A stretch of 64,000 bases of DNA from the human T2T-CHM13v2.0 reference genome, Homo sapiens (GCF_009914755.1 NC_060939.1), one strand, 5' to 3'; positions 49,512 to 62,294 are shown, counted from the stretch's first letter. A program made the numbers and translations. The notes: generated by a model from the letters alone, not told the origin.

Positions 49512-49675
49512 GTGTGCTGTTTGCCCAGAAGCCTGTGGTCCACCTCATCACGGGGTCTGCTCCCCAGAGCCTCGGCAGCAGCGCCAGCAGCAGCAGCAGC
49601 TCTCACTGTTCACCAAGTCCTACCTCATCCCGGGGCACCCCCAGCGCAGAGCCCTCCACCAGCTGGTCCCTCTGA
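49512..49675 (+). CDS. ARID3B: ARID3B last coding exon 9 (GVLFAQKPVVHLITGSAPQSLGSSASSSSSSHCSPSPTSSRGTPSAEPSTSWSL*)
   Basis: Pyrimidine tract plus CAAG acceptor; phase 1 start; TGA stop at 49673-49675. Confidence 0.97.
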
Positions 49676-49892
49676 TGGGCAGGACCCAGCTTCCCACTTG
49701 CCACTCTCCTGTCGAGAGTGAAGGAAGTTGATGCACAGAATTTACCTCATCTCACAGAGCCCACGTCGACGAGCACCATTTGGCCAGACATTGAGAGTTT
49801 GGACGTGTCCGTCTGTCCAGGCTCCATTCAGGTCCTGCTGTACTCTGGGGGCAGGGAGAGGCTAGAGGGGCAGGACAGACAGCGTTGTCCAA

Positions 49893-51588
49893 TCAGGGAT
49901 TGTCCTGGAGAACTGGGTGGGGGTCTGTGGGTGTCCAGCTTCCTCCAGGGTTCCCCAGCCACCTCCCAGCTCAGGGCACAGTGTATCGACAATCTGTCAG
50001 CCGACGCAGGGCTGGAGGCCCTCCATTTCCCTCCCCTTTTAATTTATTTCCCTGACCCTGCCTTCTGCCATGACCCCAGGGCCACTAGTCTCTTCCCCTG
50101 TTTTTAAGTCCCATGTGGGGCTGCCAGGAGCCAAGAGCATGCCTTCATGCCCTTCTCTGCAGAGCATGGGATGGGGCCCTTCCAGCCCACTTTGCCTACT
50201 GTTAGGTTCCTGGGGTACGGGTCCCTCAAACACAAGTCTTGAATCAGTCCTCAGGGCCCCAGATCCCCCTTCTAATAGTCTGAAGGAAGAGGCTGTGAGG
50301 GCAGTTCAGGGCCAGGGCCCACAGGGCATCTGCTGATGGGAAGGCAGAGCCTCGGGGCTGCCCAGCCCTGGCACCTGCTTCACACGGACCATTCTCTGAC
50401 CGCCCCCGCCAAACCTCATGCTCCCCACTTGCCCTTATTGGCCTGCTTTCCCAAAAACAGCCCACTCATCCTTTCCCCAGCCCTCTTCAGCCCTCCCCAG
50501 TCCTCCCCAGCCTTCTTCAGCCTTCTTCAGCTCAGCCCTCTTCTATTTCTTATGGGGCCATCTTGGCCTCACCATCCCCACACGTGCCGATGTCAGGTTC
50601 ATTGAAATACCTCAGATTTGTAATTGTTGATGTTTGAGTCTTCAGGAAGTATTTGCATCTCTGAAATCTTTTTTATATGTGTTTTGCTGACTTTTGTTTT
50701 TTTTTTATTTTAAAATTTTTATCGTAGCACCAAAGAAATGAAAACAGATCACCCCCAAAGCCAAGCAAGTGATTGGGTAACCCGGCCCCTCTGGCCCTTC
50801 CCTCAAGCCCAGTGAGGAGGTGGGTGGAGGCATGCAGGGGAGACGACTCAGGGATCGTGGGGGCGGGGAGGTGGAGTGGAGAGGCCCGCTCTCACACCGG
50901 GTCGGGCCCTGAAACCGTACCAGTTCTGAAGACCGTTTTCTGCCACACCCCCACCCCCAGCTGACCAGGGAGGCAGAGGACACCTCCCCATCACTCAGCA
51001 TTCCCAGCTCAGGGCACAGGCAGGCTGGGGTCCTCGCTGGCCTTGCCAGAGGTTGAGCCGCCCCAGGGTATGAGGAGATGAATAACTCCACAGCTCCTCC
51101 TGGACCCTGCGCGGGAGCAGGCAGCTCCTGTGCTGTAAAGAAAATTGATTCGCTTGCGGCTCACCTCAGTCGAGGAAGCCCTGGAATGTTCAGCAGAACA
51201 CCACCACTGTGACATGGGGCTGTGGCAGTGGGAGACACCGCGCGTGGCGTGGGTGTGTGTGGCAGCGTGGCTCGCATTCAGTCCTGTGTAGGAGAGGAAA
51301 GGGAATCAAAAGCTTGAGCACAAACAGATACCTCAGCCCGGTAAGCTGCAGCTCTGCTCAACTGCGTCTTCTCTCAGCCCTCCACACACACTCACCCCCA
51401 CTCCCACACACATACACACACACACACACATACCCCATCTCCCGAGGGCTGACCTCCTCTGGCCTCAGCCTGCAGGGTGTGGGCAGAGAAGGGCATCTGG
51501 GACGTGGTGCCAGTGAGGAGCCCAGTTGGCTGGCACTGGGCCCATTTGAAGGTGTCTCAGACATTTGGCCAGTATGTCTTTCTCAGGG
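49893..51588 (+). promoter_or_regulatory. Cluster of miR-125 (lin-4 family) seed-match sites
   Basis: TCAGGGA 49893; CTCAGGG at 49970, 50250, 51008, 51582; 8mer CTCAGGGA 50847-50854. Confidence 0.8.
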
Positions 51589-52007
51589 GTTTGGTCACAA
51601 AGGATGGACTCTTCCCACCCAGAGGATGCAGGGAAAGCACACTGTGTCTTTCCGGTCATTGGATCCTCTCCCTTTCCCCAGGCAGCTCGCCTGGCCACAC
51701 CGTTGGAGTGAACCCTCACTGCCCTCAAGGACAACAGCAGGGTGTCACCCAGAGCCCGATGAGGGGTGCCAGCAGGTGCCCCCACGAGTGGGGCCTTGGC
51801 CCAAGCAGAGCTTCCCCTGAAGGTGCCATCAGCCAGGGCAGCTCTGTCCCCTCCTGCTCTCCATCTTATATGTATTCTAACCAGGAAAAATGTGATAGCA
51901 CATGGGTAGCCTAGGCAGTGAGTAAATACCTCAGATGTCCTCCTGCAGCAAGTGTCTATATGTTGTGGTTATTTTCTATCTTACATGTTCTCGAATGTTT
52001 ATATTTC

Positions 52008-52013
52008 AATAAA
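52008..52013 (+). terminator. ARID3B: ARID3B polyadenylation signal AATAAA
   Basis: Canonical hexamer with U-rich upstream sequence and GU/U-rich sequence downstream (gtctctctcagttgctttg). Confidence 0.9.
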
Positions 52014-52259
52014 CCTCTACCTCTTCACACAAGCAGGTCTCTCTCAGTTGCTTTGAGTGGCCTTTCCACTGGACAGTACTGGGGAGAGGTGAGCTCCTTC
52101 AGAGTGAAAGGGGACTGAGTGAACTACTCCTGACCCCTTGATTTCTCCTGAACCTTCTCCCCTTCACCCACGCCTTCTTCAAAGGGAAAGCTCACTGAGC
52201 TCACTCTCAGCTAACCTTGTGTGTTAGCAGGTTTCTCTGGCGTTACCCCAGAAGCTCCT

Positions 52260-52700
52260 AGAAAAGCCTGCCCGGCAGCAAGCCACAGGCCCCGCCACGC
52301 CATTGGCCAGGATTGAGTCACGTGCCCTCCCCAGAGCCAATGGGAGCGAGGGGGCAGGGTGACCGGGAATGACCTTAGACTGCCCGCCCTGCGCGGAGGG
52401 AGATCCACTACAGGCTGCGCCTCTGCCCCTGCGAGGGGCACCCCTGGGTCTCTGGGAAACGGAATGGAGGGTCTTATGGAAGAGAAGGTTTGGAACCACC
52501 GCTGGAGGGAAGGGGAGAAGAAAGCAAGCAGGAGTGGCGCGAACAGGAAGGGACTAGGGATAGAAGCCGGGCTTGGACACAGTGAGGCACGAACCCCGAC
52601 AGACACAGAGACAGACAAGGGGTGCTGATCTCCTCACTGGGCGGGGTGGGCAGGAAAAGGAACAGGAGCTGGAGCTAGAGCGAGGGCTGCGAGCGGCGAG
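52260..52700. promoter_or_regulatory. CpG-rich promoter-like module just downstream of ARID3B (probable upstream CLK3 promoter)
   Basis: CCCCGCC 52290-52296; ATTGG 52302-52306; TGAGTCA 52314-52320 overlapping GTCACGTG 52317-52324; CCAAT 52337-52341; GGGCGGGG 52639-52646; raised CpG. The CLK3 assignment rests on recalled gene order. Confidence 0.7.
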
Positions 52701-54033
52701 TGGATACCCGGCCTCAGGGAGGAGCTTCCAGGAGGGCAGGGGTCTCCTTTGGAGCAGCACCGGGGACGTTTGCTCGGCAAGGGCTTTTTGTGCGAAGTAA
52801 CCGAAGCCAGTCAGGCTAATGGCGGCAGAGAGAAGGATTTATTCTTGCACCCAGGGTGTGCGGAGGAGCCCAAGGGCATTTGGACCTGTGTTGACGTCCG
52901 GAAGGGCCCGGAACCCAGGAAGCTCTGCCCGCAGAGGGTATTCCTCTCCCTCTGAAGACCACCTCAAAGCTCAACTTTATCACCTCCACGCATGAGACCG
53001 CCGGCGGCTGAACTAAAATCTCACCATCCCAATTCCAGTTTCTGGGAATTGTCACCTCCATTCGCTCTCATTAGAAATCCAGCTTTTTTCACGAGGTGAA
53101 TAACAGGGCAGTTGACAGTTCCCAAGTTTTCTGTGTCCAATCTTCAGCCCTGGAGGGACTCTTCTGCTCCAAGTCCAGCGATCCCGGGAGGGGGCCCACT
53201 GGTCCAGTACGGCTCAGTACCCAGCCCTGGATCCACCAGCTGACGCTGGAAGGAGTGGGTCATGAAGAACTCAGCACGAACGCAGCTGGGTACGAATTCC
53301 CAGAGATGTCCTGTCCCTCCACGGTACCAAGGACCCCTCCTTTAAGAAACTGCTTCACTGAAGGCGCAGATGGAGGGAGGGATCGGCAACAGAGTTCAGA
53401 GGGGTTCCGGGGGCACATGGCTCAGCCGGAGGAAGCAGGCTGAGGAGGGGCGTTCAGAATGGCCAGATGACCTCGAGGGGAATGCCAAGCCTCAGCCCAC
53501 TTTGCCTGTGGCTCCTGAGGATGTTCATGCTGTCAAGCTCAGAACAGCTGAGAAACTACCTTTCTGGGGCAGATTAGGGGACCAGGGGGCTTAGTTGCTG
53601 GTTTGCTGTGTGACCTATGACAAACTCTGGGCAGTTTGTCTGTGAAATGGGGACTCTAGTGTGATCGGAGACACAAGTGAATGAGAACTCACTTTGAAAT
53701 GTCTAAAGCCCAGTGCCTAAGGCCTTCCTTGGCAAGACAGAGAGTCCCTGGTGGGCACTGTCCGATGGCATTAGGGCAGTAATTGGGCCAACCAAGCCTA
53801 CAGGCCCGCAGCACCCCCTATGGTGTTGGGCAGTGCCTGCCTAGCTCTACTCTTAGCCACAGGGTCCCCTGGGAAAGTGCCAGGTGGTCTCATCCACCAA
53901 GAGCCATATTGGCAACATTGTGCCAACATGGGCATTTCAGGCCTGTGTCAGGGAGGGGACAAGGAGTGGTTTCTGCCAGGGAGGCCTCAGACTGCAGTTG
54001 CCTATGACAGGCTCCAGGCTTCAGGCCTCATAG

Positions 54034-55666
<1,633 letters not shown>

Positions 55667-56263
55667 TTATGACTTTGGTACTGACTCAGCCTAACTGGAC
55701 CCCAGATACAGGAGAAACTGAGAAGGACGGAGAACATAAGCACTGTCCCCGGTGCACTGTGTCCCATGTCATCCTCACATCAATCCTGTGTCATAGGTAC
55801 TGTCCGTGTTTCCATTTTACAGAGGATAGTGAGGCTTAGTGAAGGCAGGACTTGCTCATGCTCGCCAAGCTGGGGAGTGGTGGAGAGTGAAGTGTAAGAC
55901 TTCTCGGTTCTACTGCCATTCTCCTTCCATCCATTGCTCCAGGCCCAGGGGCCCAGATGGTCTGATTCCCTGTGCCCCACAGCCCACCCTCCTGCTGCTG
56001 CTTTCCCTGGCTTCCCCTCTTCAGAGAGAAGAAGGCAGACCAGGAGATAGGTCAGGCCTCAGGCCGCTGCTCAGCCCCACCCATCCTAACCCCTGAGGGG
56101 ATGAGAGGGCAGCCTCCACAACGTGTCCCTAAATGCCCCTGCCCCCCTGCCCCCTGCCCCAGGTTCTCAGAGAAGAGGAAGAGCTGTGGGGGCTGAGGAG
56201 CATCTCTGGGAGGGAGGGTGGGGTTTCTCCCCAAAGAGCCCCTCAGATGCAGGCACCCCTCAC

Positions 56264-56341
56264 CCCGCAGTCACTGCTTCTCTACCAGCTCCTTTTCAGC
56301 TGCTGCTGCAGCCTCAGTTTCTCAGGGAGGCTCTCCACCAG
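56264..56341 (-). pseudogene. Pseudo-exon LVESLPEKLRLQQQL/EKELVEKQ*LR (frameshift plus stop)
   Basis: Pyrimidine tract plus TAAG acceptor; GTGAGG donor; the coiled-coil text switches frame after QQQL. Confidence 0.55.
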
Positions 56342-56562
56342 CTTAGAGGTGGGCGGGGGGAAGCAGTGAACACGTTCCAGGCTGAGCCCTCCCAGTGGGC
56401 AGCAAGGGCTTGGGAGGAACTTGAGTGACGGAGTGTGGGGAAGGAAAGGTCAAGGCCTGCATGGGCACCATGCGGCAGGCAGCAGGGATCGGGCATGGGG
56501 GAGCCTGTGGGAGCCATGCAGGCCAGTCGGAAGCACAGTGCAGGGGGGCAGCTGCTGAGCAC

Positions 56563-56682
56563 CTGGTCCTGGGCAGCCTCCAGGGCCCACTGCTCAGCTC
56601 TCAGCTCTGAGTCTCAAGCTTCCAGCACATTGCAGACCTTCTCGAGCTCAGTCTGCATCTCAGCCAGCTCTGAACCCACCTC
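56563..56682 (-). pseudogene. Pseudo-exon EVGSELAEMQTELEKVCNVLEA*DSELRAEQWALEAAQDQ with premature TGA
   Basis: TTTGCAG acceptor (an in-frame alternative acceptor would start the exon at 56796); 120 nt, phase 0-0; CAG|GTGCTC donor; TGA at 56614-56616. Confidence 0.7.
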
Positions 56683-57587
56683 CTGCAAAGAAGTCTGTGA
56701 TGGAGGAGGGTGGGGCTGGCGCGTATCTTGATCTGCAGGCTCCCCAAGAACTTCGCTCCCCCTTGGATTCAGAGCTCCAGCCTCACAGGGGCCTTCCTAG
56801 GGACTGTTCTTCGCCCCAAAGAGGCCACCATGGCGGCATCAGGTGCAGTGCTGACGGAACAGCACCAGGGGAGGGGGCAAGAGGGCTCACCTTCCCCTCC
56901 AAGCTGTGCAGGTGACTGAAGTCCAGAACACTTGCCCTGAACCCCTGATCCTTCACTCCCTCTTTTACCCTGAGTCCCGCAGCGCTCCCCATACGGGTAG
57001 TACTGCCTAGCCCAGGAGCCCCTGAGGGCAGGCCTCACATCGCCCTCCATCTCCACATCCTTTCCAGGGTCCCTGCACAGTTTGCCTGCACAGGGCTGGG
57101 CCCGCAAAGCCTCGCTCCCCAACGCACTTGTTTCATCACTTCAATTGGTGAGTCCACCCTGCCAAGGAGTGAGGCCTAGTCCCCTCTCAGGGCCACGCTG
57201 AGGTTGTACGAGGACAGGGCAGCCGGGGTTACGGGCCTGGGATGAGTCTAGGCTGAGTCCTTGGTGCTCAATGGAGAACCCCCATCCCAATTCATTGGTT
57301 CCAACAAGCCAGGCTTCCTACTCCAACCCCTGCCCCCCGGCCCAGGCCCTGCCTTCACTTCACATGGTCCCTGTCTCAGCTCCTCCAGCTCCTGGAAACA
57401 AGGGCCCAGTGTGGTCCCAGAGGGCCCAGTCCACATGGCAATGGGAGACCAGAGCCAAGTTCTCTGCCTGGGAGGTCCCACCTCCATCCAGCCTGATCTC
57501 AGGGAGGGCAACCAGGGCTGCCCCACACCAGCTCTCACCCCTGGATGGGGCTGTCCCAGCTCCACCCCAGTCTGCCCTTGAGCTCAC

Positions 57588-58473
57588 CCATTGGCCTCTG
57601 GTGGAGTCCACACTGCAGACTCCAGCTCCTTGGCAGACCTGGGCTCCCACAGCTCCTGGGGGATGGGAGGCAGAAACGCTGCTGGGGTGTGGCAGGGACA
57701 GCAGGACCCTGTCCCCTTGCCCCCACCCCGTTCTGTGTTCTGTGCATCATTAGCTCCACCAAGGCCACTGGGTAACTCAAATGTGGCACAGGCCCAGTTC
57801 TATACAGCTGGGGAGACCGACGCAGGGACAGTGACCCAGTGAGTAAACTGAACAGGGTCATAGGATCACTGAGTGTCAGAGCTCCCCAGAGTCCCCCCAG
57901 CACCACACCCAATGTACAGATGGAACCTGAGCCCCAGAGTAGTGAGGGGCTTGGCCAAGGCCACTGGCCAGTTTGTGGCAGAGCTGGGACTGCCACAGTC
58001 CCATCAGTGTTTGTGGAACCCGTCGCTTTACTGGCCAGTGAGGATTCCCAGCGGCCCCACCCACAGGCTGTGGGGCTGGAGGTGTGTGGGTGGGTCTTGG
58101 CTGGTGCCCACTCAGGTAAATGCCTGTGTAGTACCCAGGAGAAGCCACAGTGGGCTGGGTGGGGCAGGGGTGAGGTGGGACCCACCTTTCATTTGCAGAC
58201 TCCGGGGGCTGGCCTGGGGTCTCTGCTGCGGTCTGCCCTGTGGGCAGAGGGGAGGTGGCAAGGACTCAGGAGCACTTGGGCTGCTCCAGGGTGGCTGCCC
58301 TCCCTTCAGGCTGGCAGGATTGTCCAGATTCTTATGTCCCTGTCCTTGGGTGGGCAGGCTCAGGCCACCTTGACCTGGGGGCACCCGACCCTCACCCCTA
58401 GCAGCTGGTGCTGAGGGTTCTGGTGCCAGTGGTGGCCAAAGTCCTGCTTCTGTCCACAGGCACCCAGCTCAAG
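57588..58473 (-). pseudogene. Five small pseudo-exons: 58396-58473, 58186-58237, 58032-58075, 57727-57807, 57588-57655
   Basis: CAG acceptors; donors GTGAGG, GTGGGT, GTAAAG, GTGGGG, GTGAGC; phases 0-0, 0-1, 1-0, 0-0, 0-2 join without a stop (LELGACGQKQDFGHHWHQNPQHQLLG...ELWEPRSAKELESAVWTPPEAN). Confidence 0.5.
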
Positions 58474-58785
58474 CTGGAGGGCAAGGCCCTTTCTGTTCAC
58501 GGACAGATGGGCCATAGTAGCCCTGGAGGCCCCACACCCCTGGGCCTGAGCTCCCCGGTACTCAGGGCCAGGGTGGGGAGCTTGGGACCCATTAAACAAT
58601 CAGGAAGCTGAGGCCCCATGAGAAGAGCTGTGGCTGTGGCACAGCCCGGGCCTCCACTTTATTGCACAAGGCCCCTGACTTCAGGCTTGGGGAGGGCTCT
58701 AGGGTACTTAGGAGGGGTTCTTTGGGGGCCCTGACTGTAGGTGGGGCCACCTCACACCACCCCAGGCAGCCCAGCTCCTGCCCAC

Positions 58786-59115
58786 CTTTTGCCTCTGGAT
58801 CCCAGCAGCCATCTGGTCATTCTCCCTCTCCAGAGCCTGCATCCTGCTCCTGTGGCTGACTGGGGAGGGGCCAGCTGCATCCCCATCTAGGGGCCCTGCT
58901 CCCCCATCCTCTCATGCCTGCAGAAACCTTCACCCTGGCTCTTGGGTTTGGGCAGGTCCAGCCTGCAGAGGGGAGCGGATCTCCTCCTGGGCCCTGGCCT
59001 GCCCTCCCTGGCTGGCATGTGGACTAGGGGCCTGGGGGCTCACTGGATGGTGCCCGCCCAGACTCACGGCAGCTCCTCCTGCGTGCACTCTGGCCTGTGC
59101 AGCTGTGTAAGGGTC
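58786..59115 (-). pseudogene. Three small pseudo-exons: 59068-59115 (TLTQLHRPECTQEELP), 58934-58962 (LDLPKPKSQ), 58786-58859 (VSHRSRMQALERENDQMAAGIQRQK)
   Basis: Each has a pyrimidine-rich CAG acceptor and a GT donor (GTGAGT, GTGAAG, GTGGGC); phases 2-2, 2-1, 1-0 join into one open frame. Confidence 0.55.
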
Positions 59116-59228
59116 CTGCGGTTACATGATGGGAAAAGCAAGAGGGAGCATCTGGGGCCCTGAAGTCCCAAGTCACACCCAAACCAAACCACCCAGCCAG
59201 GAAGATAGCAGGAAGCAAATTGGAGGCG

Positions 59229-59631
59229 TTCTGGGTTGAACTGTATCCCCAGCAACAACAACAAAAAGATATATTGACATCCCCAGTACCTCCTAATGAG
59301 ACAGAATCATTACAGAGGTAATCAGACTAAAATGAAGTCAATAGGCTGGGCTTTCATCCAAGGTGACTATACAAAGGGGAAATGTGGACACGGGCACACA
59401 CAGAGGGAGACACCACGCGGACATCCTGGAGGAATGTCAAAGCCTGCTGGCAAAGCACCAGAAGCTGGGGACAAGGCCTAGAACAGACCCTCCCTCACAG
59501 GCCTCAGGAGGAACCAACCCTGCCGACACCCTGACCTGAACTTCAGCCTTCAGAACCAAGAGACAATGAATGCCTGCCATTGAAGCTACCGTCTTCAGCA
59601 CTTTGTTATCACAGCCCTAGCAAACTCACAG
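59229..59631 (+). mobile_element. MLT1 (MaLR) solo LTR, MLT1B-like
   Basis: TGGGTTGAACTGTATCCCC...CACCAGAAGCT...GGAACCAACCCTGCCGACACC...CTTTGTTA...CAGCCCTAGCAAAC. Confidence 0.82.
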
Positions 59632-61471
59632 AGGGTAAGTGGGATCCAGCCCCATGTGGCAGCTCTCTGGCCCCAAAAGGACCCTGACTTCGAGGAGAAC
59701 TTTCTCCTCAAAGTGACCACACCTGCAGCAGCAGGAACTGTGCAATCATAGTGGCTAATGCTTCATGACTGAATGCCATGTGTTTTCACGTGCTTGTCAA
59801 ATGTCATCCTCTTAGGCACTCATTCAGGGAGGATAACTGTTATTTTCACTTTTACAGATAAGGCCCAGAGAGGCAGAGGAACTGCCCAAGGTCACACAGC
59901 TAGTATATTGTGGAGCCAAGATTTAAACCCACAATCTTAGCCACTAATCTGGGGACAGTGCAGACTACTGAATCCTTGGATGGAAGACAGACTGAGGTAG
60001 ACACCCAGAGAGGGTTGGGTGGAGGAGCTTGAGGCTGGGGATGGGACTGGAGGTGGAGCATGCCAGAGGCCCTGGGAGCGCTGGGTGCTGAGCCCGTGAA
60101 CCCCCTGGCCAGCCGGACGTTGATGCAATATGGCTTTGTCCAGACCCTATCCAGCTGCTGCCCCATCTCCAAGAGCCTCGCCCTGCTGGAAGTGCACTGC
60201 TAGTCTGGTTCATCAGCCACTCTGCACAGGACCCCTGCCCAGGACCCAGGGTCTGCATTTTAGGCCATCCTTGCTGGATAGGCCCAGAGCCCAGGGTCCC
60301 CACCTGCCTGTAGAAGGTGAGTCCTGGGTTGGCCTTCTAGGGGTCCAGGGAGGGAGTAAAAATGGCCTGGACAGTCTCTGAGGGGCTGGAAGGCCCTGCA
60401 TGTGGGGCCCAAAGTGGCACTGGCTTATGCATCACGTGCAGGTTAAGTGCATCCGGCTCACCTAGCACCTCTTCCTGCTAGGAGACAAATCTGCCGAGGG
60501 CCCAGCCCTCTGTCACTCCACTACCTTCTCACTGACATTGCCCACTGCAAGTCCTCAGACTTGACCAAAGAATATAGCCCATCCAGGCGCTGAGGATATA
60601 TCTTCTGACCCTCAAGGGTCTGGTTTGAGAAATAGACAAAAACAAACAAACAAAAAAAAAAAACAACAAAACAAAAAACTGAGATTTTCCTCTGTACAAA
60701 TATATAGTGGCAGACTACACTGCAGACTTAAGGAACAGCCCCCTATGAGCACAGTTGTGTACCCATTTGAGATACACTGATTTAGACCAACTCAACCTTT
60801 ATGAGGCCCAAAGCCAGCTAAGCTTTCTCTCCTTTTCCTTCCATCGAGATCAGCAGATCAGCTTCAGTCAGGTGCCTTGTGGCAGAGCGTGGATCCCACA
60901 TGGGGTCCTTAGAATACTACTTCCCTATGGCTCCCAGGCACCTCGTTGGTGTCTGTATCTCTCTCTGTGTCTGTGTGTGTGCATATCTGGGGGTGTCTGC
61001 AGATGTCTGATGTGTATCCTGGGGGTGTGTGTGTGCATGCATGTCTGTGTGTCTGTCTGTCCATGCACACATACACTTGCCCAGGAGACTAAGGGATGCT
61101 GACCAGGAGAAGGCAGCCACCAAGCTGGAGGTGAAGTCAGGTGGACAGGAGCTGGGACATCTAAACCCTAGATCTGGCCCCTGTCCCATGTCCATAGTAA
61201 CCCCCTCACCCACTCTCCTTCTCAAGTGGATCAGGGGCTATTTACAACACTCCTCCCCTGTCTCTCTGGGTATATGTATGTGCAGTTTCCTCTTGCTGAA
61301 ATGCCCTTCATTTCCTCTCTCCTCCTGGAAAATGCCTGTCTATCCTTGTGTGAGGGTTCAGAGGCTCAGAAACCCCTTCTCTGGGAGGGACTCTCCTATC
61401 TGCCACCCCTTAACCAGCTCCCACTGTGCCTCTTCCCTCATCTGGCACATTAAATTATTACTTGCAAAATA

Positions 61472-61790
61472 GGCACAGTGGTTCATGCCTGTAGTCTCAG
61501 AACTTTGGGAGGCCAAGGTGGGAGAACTGCTTGAGGGTCAGAAGTTCAAGACCACCCTGGGCAATGTAGTGAGACCCCCATCTCTACAAAAAAAAAAAAA
61601 AAAAAAAAAACTTAGCCAGGCATGGTGATGCGTGCCTGCAGTCCCAGCTACCTGAGGCAGGAGGATCGCTTGAGTCCAGGAGTTTGAAGCTGCAGTGAGT
61701 TATGATTGCACCACTGCACCTCAGTCTGGGTGACAGAGACCCTGATGCAATCAATCAATCGATTATAAATCAATCAATAATAAATAAATA
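61472..61790 (+). mobile_element. Old Alu (AluJ-like) with (AATC)n/(AAAT)n tail
   Basis: Dimer with a microsatellite-converted tail. Confidence 0.85.
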
Positions 61791-62114
61791 ATTGCTTACT
61801 CAATTACCGGGTGCCCCCAAACCATAAGCTGTTGAGGACAAGGAGTGATCTGATTTGACATTGCTTCTGCACACAGAAGAGGGCCAGGCATGTAGCAGAT
61901 GCTCAATAAATGCATGCTGAAAACATGGATGGAGAATGATGGGGCATGATGAGGAAGAGGCAGAAAATGGGAAGGAAGTATAGGATCAAGATGGGGGCAT
62001 CCTAAGGAGGGGTAAGAGACTAATTGGTTTGTATGGGAAAGACTGGGCAGTGGGGAAGACAATGGGGAGAACGGGGTTGAGGGGGTGGAGAAGAAGGTGG
62101 GAGACAGTGCCCAC

Positions 62115-62294
62115 CTGGGGAGGCCAGGTCCCACTCTGCCTCTGGAGTCTCTGCAGTTCCTCCTCTTTAAATTTCAGGGCAACTGCCAGCCGGTGCCAGC
62201 GTGCCTTCCAATATTCAGCCATCTCCTCATGAAGCCTGGGATGTGATTCTTGTGCCTCTAGCTCTTTCCTGAGGGGCACTGGTACCTCCAGGAC
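62115..62294 (-). pseudogene. Intact exon VLEVPVPLRKELEAQESHPRLHEEMAEYWKARWHRLAVALKFKEEELQRLQRQSGTWPPQ
   Basis: CTCCAG acceptor; exactly 180 nt, phase 0-0; CAG|GTGGGC donor; helical, protein-like sequence. Confidence 0.72.

Larger units (their letters stand above)
49620..52023 (+). promoter_or_regulatory. Cluster of let-7 seed-match sites
   Basis: CTACCTCA 49620-49627 (in CDS); TACCTCA at 49743, 50608, 51329, 51927; CTACCTC 52017-52023. ARID3B is a known let-7 target. Confidence 0.85.
49676..52030 (+). other. ARID3B: ARID3B 3' UTR (~2.35 kb, no interspersed repeats seen)
   Basis: Runs from the stop codon to the only AATAAA seen (52008-52013); the cleavage position is estimated. Confidence 0.88.

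Noticed and set aside
51209-51820. 203-aa ORF in the 3' UTR
   Set aside because: GC-rich UTR including a (CA)n-like tract, non-ATG start, no recognisable protein features.
57535-58414. Overlapping 166-216 aa ORFs on both strands as single-exon genes
   Set aside because: Stop-poor GC-rich DNA; only short minus-strand segments with splice signals look coding.
60050-61125. Extra pseudo-exon candidates (RLLEMGQQLDRVWTK near 60150; LGGCLLL near 61104-61124)
   Set aside because: Plausible, but I could not fix boundaries or phase, so they are not listed as features.
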